From Macrostomum lignano (taxonomy: Eukaryota): 64,000 bases of DNA. Below are positions 22,016-34,884 of this stretch, piece after piece. A model generated the notes under the pieces. The model had not been told where the DNA came from. It searched no databases and was given only the letters and a program-made list of their open reading frames with translations. The stretch spans positions 91,429-155,428 of the forward strand of contig NIVC01001777.1 in the NCBI GenBank assembly GCA_002269645.1, given 5' to 3'. The position numbers and the translations under genes were made by a program. The stretch's first letter is position 1, and every line of letters begins with the position of its first letter.

Positions 22016-25000
22016 CGCGCATCTTCAAATGTATTACTTGTAATAAAATGAATTGCCAAGGAGCCTCATTTGATTTCTTAGCCGAAAGTGCCAAATCAGA
22101 GCGGCGAACTCTTAAGAACAATCAATGATTATTTATCTATATTCATCCTATATTAATCATTTTGGTCATTAAACAAGCTACATTAAAACTATTATGCAAA
22201 ATAACATAAATACATACAGTAGAAAGTACAGTAAAAGATAAATACAATAGAAATATTATAATACAAATACAGCAGACATAAAGTAATACGAAATTGTTTA
22301 CTTTTAAATTACATACCTTACTGTATGTAATACTGTGGCGGGCGGGTTGCCACTGTTTTTTTATTACCTTCTGTTGGTAATATTTTACTGACAATTAATA
22401 TGTTCTACGAAATTATTAAGTACCCCAACCCCGGAAAGTTTTTACGAATTTGCAACCATTGTTCATAACGCCATTAACCCGTCCGTTGATCGTCCCAGTT
22501 TAATTTTGTTCTTGCTTTTTTCCCCTGATGAACCGTTGTCTTCCCACTGTTGATTTTACTACTCGTAATTTTGCCACTATTACGAGTCAATTTGTTTTTT
22601 CCCAACGATCCTCGTCCATGCCCTTGTCCACCTGTCCACCCCTCTGTCCAATCACCCGTCCCAGCCTGGCCCCATCTGTTGATAATTTGAGTTTTATTCA
22701 ATATTTAAAGTATTGCTTCAAGCGCTGCTGCCGTTTTGTTCCCTTCTCCGTCCCCTTCCCCTTTTTCCTTGGTTCTCCTTCTGCTTCGTTCACTTTCACC
22801 AATTTATTTTGCTCCTGCGTTTAGTTAGTAAATTCGTTCTATTAATTTGTTCCGTTAGTGTTACTTTTGGTGCCGCCACTAAAACTTCCGCTCAGTTTAG
22901 ACCGCATCCTAGCTAACCTTTAGTGCACCGCGGCTCTGCTCGCATTCAATTCGTTCGTCGCCAATAATATTTATTTGCCTGCTTAACTAACTTGCAATTT
23001 AATATCCAGCGGTCAATTTTAATAATAATAAACGTCAACCATATTTATTTCAATTTATTAATTAGTTAAGCACATAGCCTTGAGTTCTTTGCGCACGGGG
23101 CGTAAAACAATCCAGTTCTTATCTCAAAGAGAGCTCTGAGACTAATTCGTTCCGTAATACAAAAATTACAGTTGTGGCAGCTCTACCCTACTGATAGTAA
23201 CCAACTGAACAAATAAACGCATTAATTTACGGTTACCAAAAATCTCGGTGTCTACCATTTGAACGACCGTGCCTTTAAACGACCGCTCAGCTACGATCAC
23301 GCCTACCCTTCTCCCGGACTTGAGACCCCGGCAGTCAGAGTTAAAACAGGAGAAAATTTCGTTGTGATTCGTCTGCGCGAAGCTTCCGGATTTAATCGTG
23401 CGAACGCAACGCCAGCGGAAATTCAAAATTGATCAAAACTGCCCACTGAAGAAATCGAACCTTTTTCTTTTCTCCGCCCCCCACTGTTATACGACGTGCA
23501 CCACCGCCAGCCGGACAGGCCTCACCGGACAGCCTCGCACACGAGTGCACTGCTAGGCCATAAATCAATAACTTCATAGTCTGATTCTTTAAATTAAATC
23601 AGACTAGACATTAACTGATTAAGTCTTAGTCTTGCAACCCATTCCAAGATCTTTTGTAAAGCTATAGGAAAGTATTGCCTAGGCCGACTGAAGTGAAAAA
23701 TTGGAATTCAATCATAAAATTAGGGGAGGGGCTGTATTTTTTTAAAGCAGAAAGGGTAGGGGGCTACTGTGTACTACATACATAGTCCCACACAAAAGAT
23801 ATAAGCAAATGTATATTGTCAAATGTATATATTTGACAAGACAATGTATATTCGTAAAACAATTTTTAATTGTCAAGATTTACCTATGTTGAATTCTTGG
23901 TAGGGCCTATTGAATAGGCCTATTAGAGTTAGACAAATTTTAAACTTTCTTTAGGCTTAGGCCTAGCAGGTTTGCCAAGGGTATAGGCCCTACCTATAGC
24001 CATTGGAAAAATGGTTGTCTCTTTCCCCTTGGGCCTTGGCCTTGGCTTTGGCAGATACAATCAGATATCAAATTTATACCTAGGGCCTACCTAAAGTCCT
24101 AAATAAGTGTAATAAAATATATGTCCAACACCCATCTAAAATGGATAGATGAAATGGCTACCAGCCAAGGTAGGCCTAGGCCTAGGTCACAAAATTGAAA
24201 ATACAAAAAACAAAAAAATTAGGAGAAGAAAGAATGGAGTGGAGATAAAGAAAAAAGAAAAAGAAAGGAGGGAGGGAAGAAGAGATAGAAAGAGAAAGAG
24301 AAGAAAAGAAAAAAAGACAAGAAAAATTGTAGGGCTCTATAGTGTACAAAGTGAAAATTAAGTTGCAATCAAGGGAACTAAGTTGCAATTGAGAGGAAGT
24401 TGTCTCTTTCCACTCTATTCTCTCATCTTATCTTTCTTCTCTAATCTCTTCTCTTTTCTACTCTTTTCACTCTTCTCTTATATCTTCTTTATCTAAACTT
24501 ATCTATCTCTTATCTATTCTTTTCTCTCCTTTTTTCTTTTCTCTCTTCTTTCCTCTCTCCTCTCTTTTCTGGTCTCATCTATCATCTCATATCTTCTCTT
24601 TTCTTTTACCTCTTTCCTCACTTAGCTTTTCTTTCTTCTATCTTTTTTCTTCTATCACATTGCTCACCTTTCCTCTGTTTGCTCATCTCTAATTTTCTAT
24701 TTTATCTCATTTGAAGTCAGAAAATTTGCCCACATTTTTGCTGAAGATAAGAAGAGAAAAAAGGGCATTGAGGAGAAAGGGTAGATAAAAAAGTGTCAAG
24801 TTCCAATCTTTTTAAATCTAATATTAATAGTCTTGGAACTTTGTTATTATCTAGTGAATCAGTAATATTATTATAATTTTTTAAAAGTATTTAGATTTGT
24901 TAATACTATTTATAATATAAAGTTATTTATAAAATTATAGTATTTCTAAATTTGTCAAGTTTAAAAAGCTATAAAAACTTGCTGATATATTGTATATTCT

Positions 25001-25116
25001 GGGCATATCAATATAGTATAAAGATATAAATTATTGTAACCCAGGTCAGTTTGAATGCCTAGTCCTAGGTACAATAGGTTATACATAATCTAATAGGCAT
25101 AGTGACACTCTGTCTA

Positions 25117-25680
25117 TAGGGTGGGCGGAAAGTAACTCCCTATTTTGATTAATAAAACATAAACAATGAACATTATATTTATTTATTCTCAAAAAAATTA
25201 ATCATTTAAAAGGTAGGCATAAATGGTAAGTTATCTCTAAAATTCAATATGTGCCCTAGATCTTTCCACCAGCTGCTGCAAATGTTTAAGAATGGTATCC
25301 ACTGACTTTCTCAGAAACTCTGCTGGGATGGTAGACATGACTCCCCTTATTCAATCCTCCAGTTTTTTTAGGGTCGTTGGTTTAGAGCGGTAGACTTCTT
25401 TCTTTACCCAACCCCAAAGAAAAAAGTTGCAGGGTGTCAAATCTAGGCTCCTGGATGGCCATTTATGTGGACAACCCCTTCATATTGTGACACTAACTGG
25501 GAACGCTCCTGAAGTATTAACTGCTGAGCCATGTTACAGTTTTATCTGAAATCAAAAACAAAACTATCAATAAAATTGTACCATTTGAGAGAATTAATCA
25601 TAAAAATATGACAAAGCAATAACAAATTATATACAATTTATAAGTAATTTAAAATAGGGAGTTACTTTTCGCCCACCCTG
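25117..25680 (-). mobile_element. Internally deleted Tc1/mariner-superfamily element (564 bp)
   Basis: TIRs (T/C)AGGGTGGGCG(G/A)AAAGTAACTCCCTATTTT with TA on both sides. Minus-strand transposase C-terminus WPSRSLDLTPCNFFLWGWVKKEVY...RAHIEF*. Confidence 0.88.
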
Positions 25681-26238
25681 TAGTACTTATATAAATACAA
25701 GCAGGTGAGCCATAAAGGTTAGTCTATCTAATATTGTGACACTTAGAGTTCACGCTATAGCTCAAGATGTGGTAACATCCTTGAGTGCTTCTAGTTTTGA
25801 TACTGTAGGTTGTACACACTATATAAGGTAACCAATATAGTATTACAATAATTCGCAATGTACAACACTGCTGTATTGCAATGTTCATAGTTGCAAGTGT
25901 GATTATACTCTAGCTATGGAACCACTGCTATGGCAAGGCCTCAGAAAATTCTAAAAATTTTATCTTTTGCACTGATATTGTTCTTTAATTAACTTTGTTG
26001 TAACTTTTCAGTAGATGGTACAGTTCTAGCAACCATTGGCTCTTAGACTCTGTACTCTTAGATTCTTTGTCCATTTTTTGTTTGTTCCTTTAAAATCTTC
26101 CTTTTTGATTGTTTGAAGTTGGATATTTTATATAAATATTTAGGAGTATACTAGTCTATTGCACTAATCTGTTTAATATAAATAATTAAATTAATCCAAC
26201 TGTAAATGTACCAACTTTAAATTATGCTGACCATGTCA

Positions 26239-27487
26239 TTCGGTTGTTGAGAAAGTTCTCGCGGTTTCTAGAAAATTCGATCCTAGAACTTTATGGAACA
26301 TTCTAGAAGCTTACTGTGTGGGTATATATTGAGGGTGGGTGTGTGCAATCTTGACAGACTACTTCTCATGATTGTTGCTATCAAAGCCAGATCAACTACA
26401 TGGATCTCTCTCGACCCTATATTTGTGGTCTGTTACTCTATGACTTCAAATTTGGCATCAAAGCAGCCAAATCAAGCCGCTGCATTAACAGTGCATTTAG
26501 TGCTGGTACTGTGTCTGAACACACTGCGCAAGATTGATTTGCTCGCTTTCGCCAGATTTCAGCCTCGAAGATTTACCCCGGTCAGGGCGTCCTGAGGTGG
26601 ATGATGACCACCTGCGCACACTCATTGAGGCTGACCCCTGACAAACCACGCGTGAGTTGGCGCAAGTCCTTGGGGTAGACCGTCAAACGATCGCCACTCA
26701 CTTGCATCAACTGGGCAAAGTGCACAAGTTGACTCAATGGGTACCCCATGAATTGTCCGATCATGACTGCGAACGCAGGGCAGAGGCGGCCACTACTCTT
26801 CTCTCCTATCGGCGCACGCACAATGGGCTGAAGTCAATTGTTACTGGCGATGAAAAATGATGCTTATATGTGAACATCAAGCGTCAATGGTCGTGGGTGG
26901 ATGCTGACGCGACCCCTGAGCCACAGCCTAAAGCCGGACTCCACCCCCGCAAGGTCATGCTGTGCATTTGGTGGGACTGCAAAGGTGTGATCCTCCACGA
27001 GCTGCTGCCAACCAACACATCGATTACGGCCGACCTGTACTGCCAACAGCTGGACAGATTGGCCGCCGCCATCGCACAGAAGCGACCAAATCATGGCCCG
27101 GTCCGATTCCTGCACGATAATGCCCGCCCCCACACTGCCAAGATGACTCGCCAAAAGTTACTGGACCTTGGCTGTCGACTGGTGCCTCATCCTCCGTATT
27201 CCCCCGACCTGGTGCCTAGTGACTACCATACCATCTCTTCTTGGCCCTGACCAATGCCTCGACGAGCAAAACCGCTGATGAGGAAGCCTTGGATAACTGG
27301 CTCAACGAGTTTTTTGCCTCGAAACCTGAGAAATTCTAGGCTGATGGCATTATGTCTCTGCCTGAAAAATGGCAAAAGTGATTGATGCAGATGGCAATTA
27401 CTTCATTTCTTAAAGTCCTTCCATATTTAAAAAAACTCAGTTTGGAAGAAGGTTCGAGAAACCGCGAGAACTTTCTCGACAACCGAA
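26239..27487 (+). mobile_element. Full-length defective mariner (DD34D), 1249 bp
   Basis: ~31-bp TIRs TTCGGTTGT(T/C)GAGAAAGTTCTCGCGGTTTCT, flanked by CA (mutated TA) and TA. Confidence 0.93.
26400..27410 (+). pseudogene. Mariner transposase pseudogene
   Basis: MDLSRPYICGLLLYDFK...SLEDLPRSGRP...WVPHEL...IVTGDEK*CLY...FLHDNARPH...HPPYSPDLVPSDYH, with several stops and frameshifts. Confidence 0.92.
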
Positions 27488-28026
27488 TACTTAGTTATGT
27501 GATTACAAAAATCAAAGTAAAATTTCAGATATTCATCAATTTTTTAACTTGTAAAAGCACAATATACTAGCTGAATTGGTTAAGTTGGCCAGCAGTTTTA
27601 GATCTATGAATTCAACTTTTAAGGCATAGTCTTATGAGAAGTCAACACTTCATTAAGTAACATGATTTACTAGTGAAAACAAGAAGGAAAGGAGCATAGC
27701 TTATAAGTATACACGCCAAAGGGTGTCTTACATACTTTATTTGTAAATTTATTGGCTTTCACCCAAGCATGAGCCTAGCATAAAGTTACTGGCCTAATCA
27801 TCATTCAACATATGTGCCTATTTGTCTGCTGACTAAAAAACTTGTGTTAGACTCCTTGTCAGCCATATACTCATAGATAGACTGTATTCGTTTTGCTATA
27901 CTAGGCCTACCTTCATTTTTGTAAAGTAAACTATATATTTACACCCAGACATTGCAATTATCTATACAAATGATACAGTTTAGCTACATTGCCTTTATTC
28001 CAGACAGACCGTCTCATCATTGAATA

Positions 28027-28839
28027 ATGCGAGTCAAAAAGATTCACCAGTGTGATCAGTGTGGCAAGATTTATCTTAAAAAGTCTCGCTTAACTGAACA
28101 CCTGATCACTCACAGTAACAAAAGGCCATTTCAGTGCAATGTTTGTGGAATGAGATTCAAAACCGCGTTCAATGTTAAATCTCATCTGCGTGTTCACACA
28201 GATGAGAAACCATTTCACTGCAAGGTGTGTGACAAAGCCTTTCGTCAGTTACAGTATCTAAAAGTTCACATGAGAAGTCATACTGGTGAAAAGCCCTACT
28301 CGTGCAAATTTTGCGAGAAGAGTTTCTGCCATAACTCAGGTTTGGCTGAGCACACCCGAGTGCACACTGGCGAAAAACCATACCAGTGTCGAGTGTGCGG
28401 CAAGAGATTCTCAAAGTCTAGTAGCTTGTCTACTCATTTAAAAACGCACACAGGTGAAAAACCTCACCAATGCGAAGTGTGCGGCATGAAGTTCGCATTA
28501 CCTTACGTACTGAAACGTCATTCTCGATTGCACACTGGCGAAAAGCCATTCGAGTGCAATGTGTGCGGCAAAAAGTTCAACGAAGGCTCCAACCTAGCGA
28601 AGCACAATAGAACTCACACGGGTGAAAAACCCTACCAATGCAAGGTGTGCGGCAAAGCGTTCAGCGAGTCGACTAACCTGAACAAACACGCCAGGATGCA
28701 TACAGGTGAGAAGCCTTACGAGTGCAAAGTTTGCGGCAAGAAGTTTAGCCAATCTGGCCACCTCAAGGATCACTCCAAGGTGCACGCTGAAGTAGAGGAG
28801 CCTGGTCAGGATTCACTACAGGAGGATCTCTATGAATAA
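28027..28839 (+). CDS. C2H2 zinc-finger protein, 9 tandem fingers, 270 aa
   Basis: Nine CxxC-x12-HxxxH fingers, most with TGEKP linkers. Intact ORF. Acceptor TTCCAG 23 nt upstream with an in-frame TGA before the ATG. Confidence 0.92.
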   Translation: MRVKKIHQCDQCGKIYLKKSRLTEHLITHSNKRPFQCNVCGMRFKTAFNVKSHLRVHTDEKPFHCKVCDKAFRQLQYLKVHMRSHTGEKPYSCKFCEKSFCHNSGLAEHTRVHTGEKPYQCRVCGKRFSKSSSLSTHLKTHTGEKPHQCEVCGMKFALPYVLKRHSRLHTGEKPFECNVCGKKFNEGSNLAKHNRTHTGEKPYQCKVCGKAFSESTNLNKHARMHTGEKPYECKVCGKKFSQSGHLKDHSKVHAEVEEPGQDSLQEDLYE

Positions 28840-28889
28840 ATGTCTTCTTTAAGATAAATCTTTTTAACTCGTCTACAAGACACTGCAGA

Positions 28890-29041
28890 CAGGGGTCGAA
28901 AAGCGTACCTTTTTACATCAAGGGCCAGATAGAGAGCCTAGCGCATGACTGCGGGCCACAGAAGGGGCGAGAGAGGAGATGGAATAGAGAAAATATGAGA
29001 AATGAGAAAGGCCTTAGCGTGCCGGAGTTTGCCGACCCCTG
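28890..29041. mobile_element. hAT/Charlie-type MITE (~150 bp)
   Basis: Termini CAGGGGTCG...TTTGCCGACCCCTG and internal AAGGGCCAGATAG...GCGGGCCAC resemble Charlie MITE ends. An 8-bp TSD is not clean. Confidence 0.55.
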
Positions 29042-29384
29042 GTCTAAGAAGACCTTTGTATCTATCTTTAGTGCACTCGTCCGTGTTTAAATTTGCGTGT
29101 TCTATGCATTTCACTTATAATTTGTTTACACTTTTTCTATCCTGTTCGCGCATTTGGTAATTGCGTAAACTTTATTGTCTTCAGCTCAGAGTCAAGGCTA
29201 TGTACTCTGTAGTTGGCAGCTTTTATCGTCAGTAAAACTAGCATTTTTGCTCTGCTATTTTAACATATGAAATGTTGCACGCGCATTTAAGTATAAAAAT
29301 TAGTATTTTAGCTATACTTTGAATTTTTTACTTTTCCATCGCTCAGTTGTGAATTAAACCAGTTATTAATACGTGGATAAGATA

Positions 29385-30284
29385 CGAGGTGTATTCAAAA
29401 GCGAATGTCAATGACCTCATATCTCAGCTCCCTAAGCAGGTACGCAATTCTATTTTACACAGTTTTCAATATAGTCTCCCTCGAGTTCGATGCACTTTTC
29501 GCAGGGATCTATCCAATTCCAGAAGGCCAGGGCAAAGGCTTCTGCTGGGAGACCTCTCACAACCCGTTCCGACTCGTTCCTGACTGAGTTGTCAGCAAGC
29601 TGGATGACCGATAACTCTTTTTTTACTTTACGAAAGAGCTAGAAGCATGCGGGAGCCAAATCTGGCAAGTATAGTGGATGAGGAAGTACACAGATCAAGT
29701 ATCTCTCCTCAAACTCCACACGCTTTCTGCTGAACGGGCCTAACCATCGACGGACATTATCCCAATGAAAACCGCGTTGCTGTTTGGCCAGGTCAAGATC
29801 TTTGTGGAGGATCAAGTGGACAGGGCCGACAGAGAGGCTGAATTCGGCTGCGAATTCCTCCTCAATTTTTACACGACGGCTCGAATCCACTGCTGTCTGG
29901 ACAGGAGTGATTGTCTCACCGAGCGTTTGGTCTTCTTCGGGTTGAACTTCCGCTGGCCTTCGGTGTCAAATCCCTCTTTCCCCCTGTCAAATTAGGCGGT
30001 AGATCTGTCTCCGACAGTTGATCGTCTGGGTGGGCTTCGCGTGGACAGAGCCTCCTTGATTTCCTTCATTCCATAACCTGCTTTGGCCATGTCACACACA
30101 AATGCAACGCATATAGATAGAAGGGGAACAAACTTGAACAGCTCCTTGCGTTGAAATGCGTCAGTGATTTTTGCTGATTTTTACACATTATACTCATAAC
30201 ATACTGCTATATAAAGTGGTAAAAAAATCTGCCTGTCAAAGCTGAGATATGAGGTCACTGACATTTGTTTTTTAATACGCCTCA
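29385..30284 (-). mobile_element. Internally deleted mariner (900 bp)
   Basis: ~45-bp imperfect TIRs (CGAGGTGTATTCAAAAGCGAATGTCAATGACCTCATATCTCAGCT). Minus-strand remnants SRRVKIEEEFAAEFSLSVGPVHLILHKDL and LPHPLYLPDLAP. Confidence 0.85.
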
Positions 30285-31701
30285 TTAGTTGGGAATTCTA
30301 GCGGTGATCGCTTGTTCCGTGTGCATCTCGTTGCATTACGTTGCATCTCTTTTTAGGAATTTAACTTGCTAAGTCATTTAAGCCTCACTCAAGTCACTCA
30401 CTGCTTTGTGTATTTTGTGTCGCGCACAATACTGTAATGATTAAATGCATTCATAATCAATTTACTTGCACTTGCACGCATCTCAATACATTGGTCGTGT
30501 ACCAAACTGTCTATTTTATTCATTATCCATATTATTTTGTTAAATCGTGAATGGCCAAAATAAAAACGGGTGGTTTCTGCTATTAGCTTGCAGCTTATGT
30601 CATCGAAGAAAGTTGTAATCAAACTTTTGCGCGAATATTTTTTTACTATATAGCTATCTACTTTTTAGCGTTAGTTTTGCTAAGTTGCGCTAGCGTGGCT
30701 TTTCAGTAGATATTTCTCGTCAGTAGTGTAAAATAATTAAAAATCCTTCTACAAATACGAACTCATTATAGTTCTAAGTTCGCAACTGTGACTGAAGAAA
30801 ATTGAATAGTACACATTTTTCGCAAGCGCAGAACATCCTACTTTTTAAGTAGAGTGGCCTAGTTATGGACTCGTTTTCTGTTCACAAGAAGTCTAAACGC
30901 CTACACAAAATTAATACTCAAGTTCACGTTGCTTTATTACACGTGCATGTATCTACCAGGGACTACTCAAAAGAAGTTTTCAGTACAAAAATCCTTGTTG
31001 CTTTTGATAGCAGACTGACCCAATGTTCATATTTTGATATGCCTTTCTTATAGTTCTATTGATATTCATTGAGCTTTTCATTTAGAACATTAGGATTCTT
31101 ATGTTAATTTTATATCTTTTGAACATGTCCTGTGACACATTTTGTTATACAGTCATTAAGCTAAGAAAGATAAATTTATGATTTTTATGCTCAGCACATG
31201 TGCGATTGTACATATAGGATATAAAACTAACATAGAATCCAAATCTCCTAAACGAAAGGCTCTCTGAATATCGATGGAGCTATAAGAGACATATCATGTC
31301 TAAAGATGATCATTGGGTATGCCTCCTATCGAATGTAGTCAGAATTTTTGTACTAAAAAATGAAGACCTACCTTGCCAATGATTTTATCGTTAAAACCTG
31401 CTTCCTAAATTTTCCGAGAAATAGTTTCCTGTCCTACTTGAGTAGTCTTTGGTATCTACATTTTTGGTACACGAGTACAATATGCCCATGATAGGATCTC
31501 TTAAATAAATTCTTTTCTTGACAAAAATGGCAGCCATTACTAATGTCACAGCTATCGATCTGTCCACGATGGAAGTATCTTAGTTTAAACATGACGAAAG
31601 ACACAAAGTGATAAACAGTTAGCTAGGTGTATGTCACACTACCTCACTGAAGCAAAGGCTATTAACTCCTGAGTCGATAGCTAATAGTTATAAATAATTC
31701 T

Positions 31702-32430
31702 AATATAGCATTTTTCAAGCCAATTGAGCCTAGGAGCAAGCAATTTAATCCTTAGTGGGAAAATCAACCTATTGAAGACTTGATTTTCATTGTCTATAGC
31801 CCGAAAGGGGGTCTATGGAGCAACCAATTTGAGAATCTGGGCGCGAAATTAATCCTTTTCTCAGTGCTCGTATATCCTTCACGAATAACTTCACTGAAAA
31901 ACGTCTGCAAATAGATGGCATATCAAAAAACGATTGACATTAGCACTTTGATTTCAGAGAAACCAATCAAAACAGGCCCGTGATTTCATAGCGACGCCTG
32001 ATAGAATACACAGCTTTTCTCTTTACGTCCAGCCATCGCGAAATGTGCTCAGCACTATCACCTCTCTCGATGGCAGCGACAATCAGGTCGTACTTTTCGT
32101 TGCTTGTCTTGCGATAGGGTTCTTGCCCTGCAGGATTCTGCTCATCCACTGCATCTTGTGCTGTAGCAAAACTGTCGTCACTGCTCTGCTTGCTAAATAA
32201 TTCGTCTGCCATATCCATGTCTGTCTAATGAAATCTGCTGTTTTCTATGGTTTAAGGCTTGCACAACTATGAAAAGGATTGATTGCGCGCCCAGATTCTC
32301 AAATTGGTTGCTTCATAGACCCCCCTTTCGGGCCATAGACGATGAAGAGCAAGTCTTCAACAGCTTGATTTTCCCACTAAGGATTAAATTGCTTGCTCCT
32401 AGGCTCAATTGGCTTGAAAAAGGCTATATT
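31702..32430 (-). mobile_element. Non-autonomous DNA transposon with ~140-bp TIRs and an HTH-like ORF (IS630/Tc1-like)
   Basis: Long near-perfect inverted repeats at ~31702-31845 and ~32285-32430 with TA-rich ends. Internal ORF 32218-31967 contains YRKTSNEKYDLIVAAIERGDSAEHISRWLDVKRKAVYSIRRRYEITG (paired-like HTH pattern). Confidence 0.75.
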
Positions 32431-33847
32431 TATACGGAGTAAATGAAATCAAAATAATAATATCAATAACTGAATTCATTTACTATATTTGGTCGACATT
32501 TGTATTTTACGATCAGATTCTCTTAGAATTAAATATAAGCTTAACTACTTCTACTCTAATCCGCGTAGATAGCATAGTGGTGGTGCATTAAAAGTTACTT
32601 CTTGCATAAACCACATGATAAGTTAACAAGAAGCATAAATACGACGTTTAGGGACATGCAATAATACGTGAGTATACACGACAGGTGTAAACACAAACTG
32701 AAACATTTATAGTTTACTATTATCGGATCAAAATATTCGTTGAATTTATTAGCTAATACGAGCGTAAGAAGCGGAAGTGCAGAGTGAAAAGTAATCATAA
32801 ATGTTTTTTATCTAAACTGTGGGATTACAAACTTATCGCTACATAGCTTTTCATTTGACGAGAAAAGCTTCTCGTAGCAATTGCAATATGAGTAATATTA
32901 GGATGGATAAACAAAAAACTAGTTTCAGGTTGACAATAACAGGTAGCAGCACATTTATATGTATAAATTAGCAGGCATACACTCGGCATCGGCATACACT
33001 GTTAATGTTTCCGCTCCAAAACCAGTGGCAAACTTTTCTCAGATCTCCATCGGTTCTTGTCTCAACTGTGGGGGATGCAATTCACGTCACAATGCCCCAG
33101 CTTAGGTTTGTGAGGAGAGAGTGGATCGAAGTTGTGGCTGGAGTTGGATTAAAACTGCCACTTGTGTTGTTGACCACTGGTTTCTGGATTGAATGATAAA
33201 TTCAATAGTAGCAATTATAGGACTATTTAATTTATGATATTTAAACTGATAATTATTAGCGGGTCGATTTATCCCGACAGCCATATTATTCACTTGTACG
33301 CAGTTTAAACAATATTTAACTACAGTAAATTATTACTCAACAAACTGTTATAACGTGTGCTAACAAGTGACACTGGGGGGTAGGTGAATTACAAACGGTT
33401 GTTAGTCAGTAGCTTAGTAGAGACTTTTTAAACACAAATATAGACCATTTAGACAAACTTTACTAAAGTTTGAATTCAGACTATAAAAAGCCTATAGCTA
33501 GTTTTGGAATCTTAAGCAACAGGGATCAAATGTATAGAAGCGACAAGTGAAAACTAGTATCTAGAATTTGAATTAAACAATCACCAAGAAAAATCTACAA
33601 AAGTACATGTGTCCTCTCATTCAAGACAAAAAACTATTAAATACAATAGCTATATTTTGGTTTCTCTAATCTTGGATTCTCTTTTTTCAACCTAGAAATA
33701 TTTCTTAGTTCGGTTTTTTTCTTTAAAACATATCTAATCTATTAAACACTGAGAGGAATCTAAAACGGAAAGATATATATTTATAAAGTCATAACTGTAT
33801 GGCTTAGTATCTATCAAAGCTGGTCAATGAGGATTCCATCCTGAATG

Positions 33848-34884
33848 TCACACTTCTCCATTCGAATCGCGAGTCTGCACTTCGATGCAAGCCACAGTTT
33901 CAACAGCTGGCGTAGATCCTGTTCTAGTTGATTCCTTCAGCTCCACTGCTTCTACTTGCTCTTGGCAGAGCGGTTGTGCGTCCTGTTGTTGCTCGAGTTT
34001 GCGTTTGTTTTGCGGGTGGCGCTGCTGCTGCTGCTGCTGCTGCCGTCGCCGTCCAAGCCAAGAGCAGCAGTGGAAAATTGAAGAAAAAGTTTGCCGAAAC
34101 TGGCTTGACATCATCGAATAGATGAAGAAGTTCACTGGATAAGTGACCAATATGGTGAAGTTGATGATTGGCACCGCGTAGCCCATGAACTCGCGAGATG
34201 TTAGGCTCAACGCGTACAATGACATCACCACCGTCATCGGAAGTTCCACAATCATAAAAATACCAACCACCAGCGTTAGCATTGCCGTCGTATTATTCTG
34301 CTCCTCCCGACGTCTTGTACCACCGCCGCCGTGGTTGTCGTGTTGCTGGTTCTGCTGCTGTCGAGCTTTCGGACTTAGCAGATTTCTGCGACGTCTGGCT
34401 GCCTTGCGTAATCCGTTAATGAGCAGCGAAGTGAACACGATCAACAGAATAGACGGGACCAGATTTACCAGAAGGATTCGAGCATAGATTATCACCATGA
34501 AGATTGGCTGCTCAGACAGAAGATTGCACGAAATCAGTAGTTGCGGTCCGTCAGTTCCTTGGGCCGGACTAGCAATATGGTAGGGTCCATCTATGTAGAA
34601 CCAGGCGCACATGAAGGCCGTCACTAAGACTAGAAGAATTATCACGGACGCGACCGAGATTCTGTTTGTACACAGTCGTTGAACAGACATCGGAAAGGTG
34701 ATGTAAATCCAGCGTTGAATGGCTAGGATCACGGTGAGCCAGATTGACACGGTGTGGAAGATAGTCGGCAAAGTAGAGCTCATTAGGCTGAGCAGGTTGG
34801 CGGCGGCTGGACTGTCACAGAGGTGAATTACGGTCCATTCGTGCGCGAATTCGGATAGCAGGTACCATGGCAACGGGAAGATTC
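33848..34884 (-). CDS. Rhodopsin-class peptide GPCR (sex-peptide/MIP-receptor, DMSR/Srw-like), last coding exon (TM2 end to C-terminus)
   Basis: Acceptor CCGCAG at 34885. Motifs GIFPLPW, LPTIFHTVSIWLTVILAIQRWIYI, NLVPSILLIVFTSLL, TTAMLTLVVGIFMIVELP, TYPVNFFIYSMMSSQFR. Joins the 51786-52146 exon in phase (about 465 aa in total). Confidence 0.9.
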
